Positions 1 to 13,500 of a stretch of DNA of 64,000 nt are shown piece by piece. A program made the position numbers and the translations under genes. The notes below the pieces were generated by a model. The model was not told where the DNA came from. It saw nothing but the letters and a program-made list of their open reading frames with translations, and did not search any database. Each line of letters begins with the position of its first letter. Position 1 is the stretch's first letter. This DNA is from Ophelia neglecta (lineage: Eukaryota). Location: the NCBI GenBank assembly GCA_965285935.1, contig OZ260661.1:47740001-47804000 (forward strand), written 5' to 3'.

Positions 1-1076
1 TGTTGATGTGGTGTAACAGTTATGAAAAGCAACAGTCCTGCAGCCAGATTCTGTGGCCACATCCTTGGTTTAGTGTGTTAATCATCAGATCAGAAGTAAT
101 GCAATATACTCTAGTATTCCTTAATGAATGTATAGTTGGTATTTATATATTACATATTTTAATAGCTTGGGATTATTTTTGTGTAGTAATCGTTTGTGAT
201 CGACTGTAACGCTTTCTAAGGATTTTTTAAACTGTAGTTTCCATTTTTGTTGAAATTAAAGTTTTCAACCATTTGACAGTTTAATACGTTTTTAAATCTA
301 ACCACACTGACTATTTGTATGAGAGTCTTACCTTGTTTATATTCTAGTACAGTTGCTTGATATTTTGTTCAGTCTTTTCAGCCTGATTTTCTTGATGTAA
401 GAAGCAATATTGTATTTAATATATTTGTAGGGTTTTAATATAATATTCTGTGACAACTCCTTGCCATATTTTTCTAATGATCTACTGTTGTTGAGGTGTA
501 CTGCCATAATTATAAAATGAAATAAAATGTTACAATGAAATAGGAATTTACTTAATGTGAATCATTTTATATGTATATATTTGCAGTTTTTATCATGCTG
601 GTCAACTTTCAGTAATATTTTATTTTTAATCCGATTCTTCTATGTATTAGAAACACCTATTTGCAAATTTCATTGTCAAGTTCTCTTAAGATACATGTCA
701 ACTAGTTAAACCTTCAAATTATGACAACATTTAATTAAAGGATATCAGACTTTTATGCTCCTAACAACAGGTAGATCTAGTTATCAGGTTATCAGTGAAT
801 GATGAACACAATTGTGACAAAATGCTCTGGTACACAACATATCAAATAAACAAAAGATCTTTGATAAAAAAATAATATCATGACTCCTCATATACCAGCT
901 ATTTTTTCTTTTTTTTTAATAGTAGAAGGTATGTGTATATGGACTTTGTTATATATGCACAATTGTACTATATACAATTATATGATAAGCAAGTGTACTT
1001 TTACAACCAGTTGATTGACATTTATCCAAATAATTTGTAATAGGCCTAATTGCCATTTTATGCCGTTCAAACTTTG

Positions 1077-1082
1077 AATAAA
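1077..1082 (+). terminator. Candidate poly(A) signal ending a plus-strand 3' UTR of an upstream gene
   Basis: AATAAA followed about 25-40 nt later by a T-rich tract; 1-1080 is T-rich with many TGTA elements and no credible ORF. Confidence 0.45.
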
Positions 1083-1929
1083 GTTTGTTATGAATCAATA
1101 GTCTAATCGTTTTTCATTTTTAATACAACTTGTAGGTCATATCATAGGTATTTAACCATTATGACTTCTGTCTATCCTGTGTGTGCATTGGCCTGTATCC
1201 ATTCTAAGCAAGGGGATTTACTGATATTTATTATATAATTTATTGGCCTTGCAGGTACAAATTAGCAAATGAATATTTATTAAGATATTTCTATAAAAAT
1301 GACAAATCTATAGAAAAATATAGAGTTATCTATATACAAAAAATGTTAGATTTATCCATAATGGAATAAAACAATGAATCTATTTCTTTAGTATAGATAT
1401 TTCAACAAAATTGATTAAAAAATATAGTTAACCTTCCCATAAACTAGATTTCCCTACAAAACTATTGTTTTAGATTGAAATATATAAGTTTCCAATATTA
1501 TTGATTAATAAACTAATCAAACCATTCATGTTTTGTGGAATATTTCTTCTTTGTAAATGAATCAATAGAAAACTAAAAATTTCTAATATTTACTTCATTG
1601 ATTACTTAGAAAAGTATTTCTGTAAATTTATGAATAAGATAACCAAACAGAAAAGTGTGTTACAGAGTTTATCTAAATGTATTCTATATATAGATTTAAA
1701 TAAATAAACTAAAAAATTGTATTTTCATTAATAATTTAGTCCTATATACTTTCACATACAATTATAGAAAATTGTATACTATTGTTTCTGTCATGAAGCC
1801 AATAATTCTGATATTTTCTGTGGAATTCTTTAGATTAATTGCTCTAATGCCTATGGATTAGTTGCGAACATAATCACAAACTGACGTATTTAGTTCCTGC
1901 ACCTTGTTTCAAAGTGAAATTGGTGACAT

Positions 1930-3449
1930 ATGTGTAGTGGGCCTAAAGGCACACTGGTAGTTTTGCCACTGCTGCAGGATATTTTTGTGTGGCTGCAACT
2001 AAGCGATTTCTTGACAAACAGAAACCATTTGCTCATTATTGATGTGCCTGGGCATATGGTAATACTTTTTATACCACCACTGTTATAGTTAAGAAATTTT
2101 TATATCATGCTGATTATTAAGATATGGTAATAATTTGGAAAGTATGTACAGCACAGTATTTGACAGGTACAAATTGCATATGCTTGGCCTAGAACTAAAG
2201 CCTCAAACAACAACAACAACATTGAACTGATTGCATTGGGGAGATATTATAGGAAATTTTGTTGCCATGGCAAAGCAAATAAGAAAATGACTAAAGTTTT
2301 AATGCACTCTAACTTGTCCTAAAAAATGGCAGTTAGGATTTAAATTACAGTGAACCTGACAATTAGGGACAGCCAAGGGACTGGGAAATCTGTCCTCTTT
2401 TCTTAGATATCCTTATATCACAGGTACAGTATTACAACTGTACTAAAAACAATGTCTTTAATTAATAGTCAGTGTGTCCCTAATTGTCAGGTGTCCTTTA
2501 GGCCAGGTTTTACTGTACTTATATTATCAAGATCAAATCAGCAAAAATTACAAAAACAGCAAAATGGCTGTAGCTGAACATGGCCTTAACACAGTCTCTG
2601 CTTTTTTGTTGTATGTTTTTTGTTTTTTTGGGTGATTTCTTTAGTTATAAATAGTTATAGTTATAAATAAAATTACTGTACTTCTTAAATTTTTAAAAAT
2701 TTAAGCCTATTTGAAAAAATTGCCATGAAAATTGCCATCATCTGCACATCTTGTGATCATATTACTAAAAAATTTAGATAATTGAAGCATTTATTATTAT
2801 ATCTTTCTTTTAATTATTACATATATCTCAAGTTCAAATATCTTCTTTTTATTCCTATTTATACCTAGGGGGAACTAAGACTGAGACAGAAATTATAATA
2901 TATAATATAGGCTACTTTGAAATATCATTTTCATCCTTCAGGTAGAAATTGTCCTCGTTTGTGTTTTACTTTACGAGGAGGGCTTACCAGCATGTGGTAT
3001 ATTTATATTGCGACAATGTCATTTCCACTAAGTTAACCTACACGGTTGTCTATCCCAGGGTCTTCACAAAATTACATTTACTCAAATAGATAAGCATGGC
3101 CAGTACTCTCTTGATTTGAGGATATATACCTCCAACCTACAATATATACCCTGTCTAAGAGTCATATGAACATCTCATTTCCTTTTTTTCTGATCCCTAA
3201 TAGAGGATATGGATGACCATAGTTGATATGACTAAATAATACCTTATGAGAATAACTGGTGCTGGTAGTCATCAATATTTTCAGACCATGTACTATTCAT
3301 ATAATGGTGTCCCCATGTATTGGGTACTTGGGACAAGAAATATCATGATCTACTTTCATGGTAATATAAAACGTGAAGGCTTTTGGCATTTAGTCACATA
3401 CACAAATGGTGCAGGAAGGGTGAACAAACGAAGAAACTTCTTTATATAA
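1930..3449 (+). pseudogene. Probable decayed alpha/beta-hydrolase (ABHD6-like fold) relic
   Basis: 1930-2058 reads MCSGPKGTLVVLPLLQDIFVWLQLSDFLTNRNHLLIIDVPGHM (cf. ABHD6 FLPKNLHLVCVDMPGH). After the acceptor at about 2941 a frameshifted VEIVLVC..GGLTSMWY resembles the nucleophile-elbow region. ORF 3246-3449 has VPMYWVLGTRNIMI (cf. VPTQIIWGKQDQVL). Confidence 0.45.
2348..2515. mobile_element. Tc1/mariner (pogo/Tigger-like) MITE
   Basis: TA|CAGTGAACCTG ... CAGGTTTTACTG|TA. Confidence 0.7.
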
Positions 3450-4130
3450 ATATATATGTATTAATAATTTATTCCATAGATATACACTTGCAGTTTTTAA
3501 CATTAATATGTACATATTTGGAACAATTTCCTATCATATTTTATTATATCTTCACTCATATCATTCAGTAAGATTGTTTTAAGTAACTTCTGATAGGGTG
3601 ATAACTTTACCACTTGTAATACAATGAGACAATGCTGCCTATCAAATCACCTGATATTCAACAGGAAAACTTAGGTAACGATGCCATGCTAGGCCTAAGG
3701 AACTTTAGCAGCACCAGCAATAGAAGTTAGCACATTTCAGGACACATTTACAAGTATACTGAAATTAATGAATCCAATGTAAGGATGAGTTCAGATGTAT
3801 TATAATAAGATGTACATGTAGAGATAAGGAGATGTGCATACTTATCCTATTATTATCATGATTATTTTGACAGTGTCACAATCATTGCTAATTTAAATCC
3901 TACTGTTTTATAGTGGATATAGATTTATTAGTGGATCAATAAGGTACTTGAACATTTGAGGATGTATACTGGTGGTGATAAGTAGACCTGGTGTAAAGGG
4001 CGAGTCTTGAATTTCCTGTGACCACTAAAGACTCAATTTGACCTCCCTACTGAAGGTAGAGCCACCGTCTGGTGATATTGGATGTGTGTGATCCTAACTG
4101 AGACTGCAGTCTTTCTAGAACATGTGCTTA

Positions 4131-4574
4131 TTAGTCCTCCTGTGAGCCACTCCTAGCCTCACTCCCACTTTGATACCCTGACCTGGGGGTGGAGCCACCT
4201 TCTGGTGACCTTGGTGTGACTTGAGGTGACCGTGGTGAGACCCTCTGTGACCCCGCAGTCTCCCTGACTTCTGACACTATCACCTCCCTTGTCTTCTGGG
4301 TCTCCACCAGGTCCATGTACTCCATCCTCATCTCCCATTCCTCCTTCTTCCGCCTCTCCTGTGGCAGACTCAGCAGCTCTTCCCGCCGTTTCAGACTCTC
4401 CTGTTTGACGTCTGCCAGGACATCATCCACAAGGACCTTGTGGGAGGAGTAGAGCCTCTCTTCACCGTGCTCTCGATCTCCGCTCCGTAGCTGCTGACGG
4501 AGAAACTCCACTTCACGTGCCAACAACTGTCTTTCCCGACACATGCTGCTTTCTTTGGCTAACAACTCTATAAC
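4131..4574 (-). CDS. SDCCAG8: SDCCAG8 terminal exon 15 (VIELLAKE...GSQED*)
   Basis: Acceptor ttctcag; TAA at 4133-4131. Confidence 0.9.
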   Translation of the reverse strand, partial: VIELLAKESSMCRERQLLAREVEFLRQQLRSGDREHGEERLYSSHKVLVDDVLADVKQESLKRREELLSLPQERRKKEEWEMRMEYMDLVETQKTREVIVSEVRETAGSQRVSPRSPQVTPRSPEGGSTPRSGYQSGSEARSGSQED

Positions 4575-7500
4575 CTGAGAAAAGACATAACTCTGTTGAA
4601 TTTATACTTCTCAATTTCCTTTTCTACGAAAATACTAAACACACAAAAAATTATACACTGATGTGGCAAATCTGGGTTTGTGAGGTTTCAAAATGTAAAT
4701 TTATGACCATTAAACTTTGTTGCTTTATAGTTAACAAATTTTAGAAGTAGTGCTATAAAGTAGTTACCTGGGATGAGCTGTGAGCTGAGTGGGTGTCCAT
4801 CTGCTTGAGTCTGTCTCTCATCTTCTCCTGTAGCGCCCCCTGTTGTGTATGCTGTTCCTCCAGCTCACTTAGTCGGTAAACGGTCTTTTCCAGACGCAGC
4901 CTCAATTGTTCATTGTTAGCCTTCAACTTCCTGTTGTCTTTTCTACCAATGACAAAAAGGTTTCTGTTACAATGACAGGGTAAGTATTAATGGTACTGCA
5001 GAGTAATATTTGCAGTTTTTTTAACATTTTTACAATTTTATCCTGAAATTGTTGTTTGATTCCTAGGGGTGCTTTTCTAAAGTCCATGTCTGCACAAAGA
5101 TTAAGGTAATTAAATTGGGTGAGCATGAAGTGTCCCAATTTGAAACTAAATTTATAATTTTATAAGGTTTACATACAAGATTGAAGTCAAAAATTGGGTA
5201 ATCAATGGAATTGAAAGATTTTATGTTCTAACACAAAACTCTCCTGTTTAATCATTAGGCCTGACATCTGACCAGACCCTTATTGGCCTTGAGGTGTTTG
5301 TGATTCTGTAGACAAACCTGTATCTGGCAACATTGTCTTCTAGTTGATGTGTGAGCTTGCGACACTCCCCCCTCAATCTCTGAACTAAACTCGCCTGACT
5401 ATTTACAATATCCTCCAACTCGGCACTAGTCTGGGCTACAATGGCATAAAAATTAGTAAAATTATAAAACTGCAAACAGTCTGAAGACATTTCAATTTTA
5501 TTGATGTACAGTTCATCATCAGCAATTTATTTCATGATCCCAGAAGCCAGTGCATGCTGGGGCCATGCATGTTAGCCATATTATTCTAAATATTTGTAGA
5601 ATAATGCAAGCTTATTTTATATTTTTAATAATTCAACATTGGAGAATTAATGAAGATTCAACTTTTTCAATATTACAAATGAGGACAACTTTTGGTCAGC
5701 CCCTATCTGTAAGTAGTTTATCGCATGGTACTACTTACAATGTTTTGTTTCCAGGTTGTCTAGTAGCATGTTCAGTTCCATTTCCCGTTGTTCTGCTCTC
5801 TGTCTTGTGGCTTTCACATCATCATTTCTAGTCCTTTCTATGCTTTCCTTCCCCAGCTTAGCCAAGTGAGTCTGAAAAAGAAGCACATTACATCATTTTT
5901 TGGAATACTTTTAATTAAACACCATGGAGGCATTAATTAAAAGGAGTTAATACTGATGACTGCGTTATTATGAACAATAATACCGAACTCTACAGCCCCT
6001 CCACTTAAAGTGCATGGGGATGCTATTGTGGCATGCCAAGCAAAATATTGCCAATTGCTGGAAAGATGAAAACCCCGGATTCCAATAGAAGAAATGATTC
6101 TACACACCATATCAATTTTCTTTTTTCAATTCCTTATCTTACTCATAAGGACTTTTTAGTTTGTTGACTGGTCATTTTCACCAGAAAAATCTAATTAATT
6201 TCATTTCAAGTTTAGAAAAACTAACAATGGTGCAATGAGTGCAAACATTTCATCTGTGTTCCTGTACTTTTCATGGCAATTCCCCCTCCGTCTCGGGGCT
6301 AACTATGCAACAATGACACTCTTGAAACAACTGGTCAGCATAAACGAAGCAGGCTAATCACCTGGGTCCAGTTTCTGGAAGCGGTCTTAACTCTTAATCA
6401 GATTTAGTACAGGATTAAAGTGCTTAATCAGTCTTAACTTGCTAATCTGGGTTTCTGGAAGCTGGATTTGGTCTTACACTTAATCCTGGTCAATGGAAAC
6501 ACAGATTAACGCGGTCTCAGCCAATCGGTAATAGGCTAATCTAATCCCAAAACCTAATACCGCTTCTAGAAACTGGGCCCTGCTCATTGTTAAAACACAA
6601 TGGGGGAATAACAAAATAACAACTTATTACTGACAGAGGACATGTAATGTTCATGTATCAGGGGACAGTCTCATACCTCTCTCTCCAGTGACTGGACTGT
6701 ATTAGTCAGGTGTATACATTCTTCTTTTGTCTCCACCAGATCTTTCTCGGCCATGTTGAGACGACCCCTCAGGTTTTCTAACTCGGTTTTCAGCCTGGAC
6801 TTTTCCTGGTCTCTGTCCTTTTCTAAGTTGTTAAATTCCTTTTTTAGTTTCTGCATATGACCCACTGCTGTGTTTCTCTCCAGAACGGCTTGGGTCATCG
6901 ACATCTTCATGCTATCTGTTGCCTGAGGAGATTGAGGTGCAGAGTTTAAGCAGAGCACATACTTATAGCAACAATAAATCATAGACACAATATGTGTTAC
7001 ACCCCAGATTTCCTGCTTATCTTCTTTTGCAGTGAACTTAACCAAATCTATGTTTATATTTTGCATATATGTAATTGGCTACATTGTCTAAGCATATTAG
7101 ATAGTATTATTTTTTACTGCTGTTTCTACTTAAATTATATTCCCACCATTCCATGTAATAGGTTTTAATAGTATGACAGGGTTGCTAATAGCAACCACCT
7201 ATGGTCTAAGTAGTGTCTCCCTGGTCCCTGATTGTTTTTTTTTCTGTTACATTTTTTATCTAATGAATGTACTTTGTTCACTGTTATTATTTCCCAAGAT
7301 ACTACATGTATGTTTTGGACAGATGCTGATCAAATCTTACTTTCTACAGTAACACTATTTACCTTTCCATAGTCCAGGTCAAAGGAGTTGAGATTCCCCT
7401 TGGTGGCTTCCAGATCAGTCAACAGAGTCATTTTGTCTCTAGTGGTCTTCTCCAGAGAATTCTGTGTCTCCACCAAGCTCTCCTGTAAGTCTTTGATCTA

Positions 7501-10500
7501 AAGAAAAAGGGGGAAATCTACCTGGATATTATAATCAACAAAACAAAATAAAACAAAATGAATACAAAGTTTAATCAATGAGTACCGGTAAACAAATACA
7601 TGAACATGTAATTTAAGATGGAATATTAAATATTTACAATTTCAAAACAATCCAATAAGGTGTTATTTATCTGATTCAAAACAGCAATATTATAATAGTA
7701 GATTATAATAAAAACTTAAATGCATGAATATCTCTTTTTCCTCTCCAACTGCTGAAGGTTTGTTTTTTGTATCTATGATCTGTTTAAGCCCAATTTAGAA
7801 AATGAGCCTTGCAGGTAGTTAAAGCATACAGTCTTGCCTCAAAGCTGTACCTTAGAATTGAGTTCCTCCCTCTCTGACTTGCTCTCCAGTCTGGCCAGCT
7901 CCCTCTCCTCCTGCATCTTCCTGGTCATCTCCTCAACGTGCTCCTCCATCCTCCTCCTCATGTTTACTAACTCCTCCTTCAACTGCTCTCTCTGTACCAT
8001 GGCCTACACCGATAAACATATACTAGTCACAGCTTTGGAAAAAATATAAAACTAGGCACAACATATTCTCTTGGTTCAAGTTCCATATCAGTTCACTTGG
8101 TGATGAATGAATTCACCTCAATCCAATGTCAAGTTTCTGTTTCATCCTATTTTAAAAAGCAAAATTCCAGTGTACAATTTATTTACACAAGTTTTGCTTT
8201 TTAACAAGTATTTGGGAAATGAAGTTCCACAAAAAAATCATTTACCATTAGCATCTAGTGTTGCCTTAAAGTGATAGAAAAAATGTATGCGGAGAAAATT
8301 TTATACATACACTTTTAGGAAAAAATTATATTTATAGTTCCAATAATGGTTTGTAGTCTTATATAATTTTACTCAAGAATGCATAGTGTAATTGCAACAT
8401 AAATGTTTTTGGGCAATATTTTCTCTAAAGGTAAACTCCATAAAAAATGAACATCTGTCATTTATCAAGGTTCCGTCCTCTAAAGTAGGCTACCTTCTGT
8501 TAGAATTAAAGCTCAGGCACAGGTTGGGTGCTATTGCCATGAAAATAAAATATCAACAACCAAAAACATTAAATAATGATTTCACAGTATGGAATAGTTG
8601 TGTAATTAAAATGATCAAAGTGCCAACCTGAGTCATTTCTAGCTGTGCTTGCTCCACCATCTGACATGAGTTCTTGACCTGCTGGTAGGCGCTTTCTTCG
8701 TGATGTTTGAGTCGCTCATACTGAGTTTTTAGTTGGGTCAATTGGTCCATCAGCTCATCTCTGTCTCTAAAAGAAAAAGGCAATCATGTAATGCAAATTT
8801 ACATTCAAAAAATAAAACCCCAAAGAGAAAAGCTGGCATGGAAAGATGCATTCAAAAATTACTAAATAATAACATGGGGAAATAACTGATACACCAATCA
8901 TTATCATTTAACTTTGATCTAATGACACCAAATCATTGACTTTTCTCTGACTCTAAAATTCAATCATTATGTGGTTTTTAAATCCACCTATTCTCTGGCA
9001 TTGAATCAATTCATATTCTAACACTTAAATCCACAGGCACTGGAGTTTCCTTCGGTGGTGTCTGCTTACCGCTACTTTTCACATATTTCACACTAAATAC
9101 ATTAATACATGAAGGAACATGATGATAATTATTGTATTATATGAATTTGACACAGACATTTCGGGGGGGGGGGGGGGGGGGGAGGGGATTCTAGTCACAG
9201 AGCCTAAATTCTCCCATAATCTGACCCCTGAATGCACTCCCACCCTCCAAAACTGAATTCCCCAATTATATGGCCAGTAAAATCTATCACTGGAGTACAT
9301 CAATTTACATATGACTGGATGATCAAGTATAACAGGTGTGGATTTAACTCTGTCACCCTAAATATATGTACTATCATCCCTAGTCTGATGGAATTTGTCT
9401 AACCCATCTATGACTGTTAAAAGTCATGGAAATATAATGTGTCATGGTTGGTGAGCTGCCTGATAAATGACAATAATAGGATCTACTATAAACTAACTAC
9501 CCAGTAATAATCATTTGTACCCCCACTGTATCCCCCCCTGGCCTGCATGAATGTTGTTTGGTATTTTTTACATTCTTTGCAAGGTGCCAACTTCAGGCCA
9601 TTATTTTATTTCTAGCAATAAAATGATATCACTTCAAGGTAAATGTTGGAAAAGAATGCAAAATTCTGAAGGAGACATGCTACTATGTCTCCTTAAACTT
9701 AAGGGCAAAAGGCAAGAATGTGTTATTATGATGTTTAATGCTTCAACTGTCATGCAAACTGATGATTAAAAAATCAGGGAGAATGTAAAATGTGTGTTTG
9801 GGAGTGATATCCATTGAAAGAAAGAAGACAGATGACTAAGTTATGAATGTATCTGTGTACTGTCCTGACAACATCACTGTAGTCTGAGAGTTTTTAATTA
9901 AATTTCCATAGCCTCTCAAAGAACTCCACAAATTGAATACTAATTATCTAGTAATTATTTGAAAGACATAATTCTGGAGACTACATATATGTGTACATGT
10001 AATGTGTTAGATGGCCTTTTAAAGTGTAGCTTAGCAGGATGCATGAGTTTCAAAACAGCCTGTTTTACAGAGAGTTTCAAATGTCCTAGTTAACCCACAT
10101 GTAGTCATTACAAGTTAATTGATATAATGCATGATACTTCACATTGCCTAGTGTATGGTTTAGTATAGTAAACACCCACATCCCTCATGTACAAGTCCTT
10201 TTTTCAATTAAGCTTCCTTGATTTCTGTGCTGACTATCAGACTATATACAATGAGGTATTTTTTTCCAGTAATTCAGGCACATACAGCTGAGCATCCAAG
10301 TTCATCGCCACCTACTGTATCACTGCAGGTAAGAAAACCTCTCCTGATATATCTCAGCTACCCAAACATATAAAGTAAGCTTTGTATAATTGGTCAAGCT
10401 TTACATTATAACCCAGCATACATGAAATTGTAGGACAGACAACTATAGGTTCACATAAAACCACCAATGCCTGGAATAGCTACATCATAATTGCACAGCT

Positions 10501-13500
10501 CGAACAGAGATGAATATGCTTCCGTTTGGAGTGAGTTCATATTTGCCCATTGAGGAGTTTTTTTCCATGTCTTACTTGGTGAGCTTATCAATAGACTGTT
10601 TCTGAGTAGCTCCCAGAGAGGGGGGTAGCACAGCCTCGTTCTGACCGCAGCGGACACACAGGCCTGCAGCTAGGCCGGCCACCTCAGGGTCGACAGAACG
10701 CAACGACTCCTGCATGCGCACTTTGGAATGAAGCTGATCCACCTCCTTCTCATACTGTTGTAACTCCTCTCTAAAAAAAAAACACAATAATGTTCAGAAA
10801 TTAGTAATAATTTTTTTATTTAGCATTAAGTAGGTCCACATCAGCTCAGGAAAATATTGTGACACAGATAAGAAAGAGAAAGATTTTACTTTCAAATACA
10901 GGACAGGAAGGGTTAAAACTCCTGGGAAAACTGTGCAGAAATAATGGTAAAGTTAGATTGCCCAGAGCAATAGATACACAAGGGCTTCAAGGAATGACAC
11001 TTTGGTATGATCATGGGAATATATACAGTAATGGAGGTAATCTGAAATCTGATTTTTTCTAATGGGTGATTGCACATCCCTTTAACAAGGCAAAATATCA
11101 GATCACCAATCTTAGAATGATAATAGGCCTACAAATGAAACTTTCTGAGGCGTGGGAAATGTAGTTTTAACCTGAAAGTCATGTACTTTGTCTTTACAAG
11201 CACAAGATGCCTGGGTTAACATTCATATTGGAGGGGAGCTTTCATAATGTAATGTAATGCACAAGTGCTGGATACCAGTCTGCTGACTTCAGGGAGTCTC
11301 AGAGCAAACATACGGAAGATTTCATTTCCCTTACACAGCAATGAGGTGAGTAGTGACCACATACTCCCAAATATAACAGTTAAACTGCGTATATATGAAT
11401 TTTAAATTTGGATTGGAAACAATTATATATATTTATATATAATTATATATAAATTATATGGATGGCCCTCAGACATTTACAGTCCAAACCCATCATGCAA
11501 ACTCTATTGAAAGCTTGCAAGCTTAATAAATACTCGGTTAAACTTATATTTAAAACTATGAAACAAGAATATATATACATGGAGATTTATACGCTGGTTA
11601 ATAATCATTACTGGTTGTATAGTCATGTAAACAGGACTTGTTATTGAATTAAGGTAGCAAATACCAATACAACAGTAGCAGTGTTTAATAACAGTAAAAA
11701 TACACCTGCACAAACTGGTGTAAACGTATCTGTGTATTAAAGGGGAATGCAAGAGCAGTGGATTGCATTAAACACTGCTCATCAAATCATTGATTCATCA
11801 TTTGGTGCATTACATGTTTCACACTAAGAACTGTTAGTGCTGTGAGTTTTTCTTCAGACTTCTAGTAAAGCTTACTCAGACTGAATTGCACCCTAACCTC
11901 CTGGGTTTCCTGCTACCACATTTTGTGGCTGTAAAATTTGGTCTTAATTTAACACTAAAGAGTCTATCATTTTGCACCCATGTGCCTGATATATAGAATA
12001 GCAATATAATAATGTATTTCCCAGAGATCACATAAGGCACCATCTTTTAGTTCTGGATGGCATTTCTTAAATCAAGTTCTGGATGGCATTTCTTAAATCA
12101 AAGCTCAATATTCACTTAATTCAGTTTTCAAAGTTCATCTTGGGATCAGGGTGCATCTCATGCATACATACATGTATGTTTGAAGGCTCCATAGCTCAGT
12201 ACTGGGTTCATCCATTTGCTTTCATGGTCCACGTGTTAATAAATCATTATGTACCCTTAAACTTGTGTCATAAAACATAAACATGTAGTTTTGTACATAG
12301 TGAAGTTTTAAATACATCAATTTGCAGCCTTCATTTGCATGATTCTACCATCTTCTACCTTTTAAATGATATTACAGTGAAACCTGTGTTTGTGGTCACC
12401 TGTGTAATAAGGTCACCTGCCTACTAAGGTCAATAAATAATGGTCTGATCTCCATAAATGCCTGTGTTAACTGACCTGCCTATTAAGGTCACATGTGAAA
12501 TGTGGTCGGTATTTTCCAGACCCTTGACTGACCTGATTAGATAGGTTTCACTGTATTACTGACAAGTTACAAACCTGGTATGTGTGAGTTGAGCCTCCAA
12601 TCTGCTGACTTTGGCTGTGTGTAAAACCTGGATCCTTTCCTGAAATTACATACATGAATTAAAAAATCATTTTACCAGTGTAGTTCTGAATCTTTTAAGA
12701 TTAAAAGTATGTTTCACCTAACAATAATGTAGCAATGACTGAAAAGGTGATTTAATAGGAGGCAGTCATTCATGATATTGGCTCCTTTATTCATATCAAA
12801 ACATATACATTATAGTCTTGTCTCTTGGAAGTCCTTTGCAATGTGCTGTTTCATTTCTTGTTATTTCATTTATCCATATTTTCAACCAACATAAGTGGAT
12901 GGTTTAATAAACAGGCATGAACTATATATGCTGATAGATTATTGTTGTAAAACCTGTTGATGAAAAAAACATTCTTGTTCTTCTCCCGTTTTTAAGTTGT
13001 ACACTTGATTTTCCTCTGGTAGATTAGATATGGTTTAATATGGTTTATTGAAGCTTGCAGATATTAAACTGTGACTCCATACATGCAGGAGTGTTTTGTT
13101 TGGGAGTTGTGCTAGACTGTGCCCATCCAGAATCCAACTATACTGCCTAGAAGCCATGTGCTCCTCCAACACAATGAATATTTACATCCTTCTCACTCAC
13201 AAACTAATCTATACAGAAACGCCTCCCTGAAAAATCATAATTAGCCAAAAGCAACTCAGGCAGAACTGTTCAATACTGACTCAATAGAATTCTGCTACCA
13301 AATCTACAAATCTCCATCACAGTCATTTGGCTGGGAAATGAGGCACTAGGAGGAAGGAGGTTTCTGGCTAAATGTTAAGAGGCTAGGTAAATACCAGGTC
13401 CAAGAAGTTGGCAGCTTGCGTGTTGAATAATATAACAGTCAAAAGGTTGGTGCTTGACTAGTGATTGCCCTGGGAGAAGAAGTAATCACTTTCTCATGCA

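Noticed and set aside
7834-8049. Plus-strand Ser/Leu-rich ORF and most other 60-130 aa ORFs in the track
   Set aside because: These are antisense shadows of coiled-coil exons, low-complexity tracts or chance ORFs with non-ATG starts.
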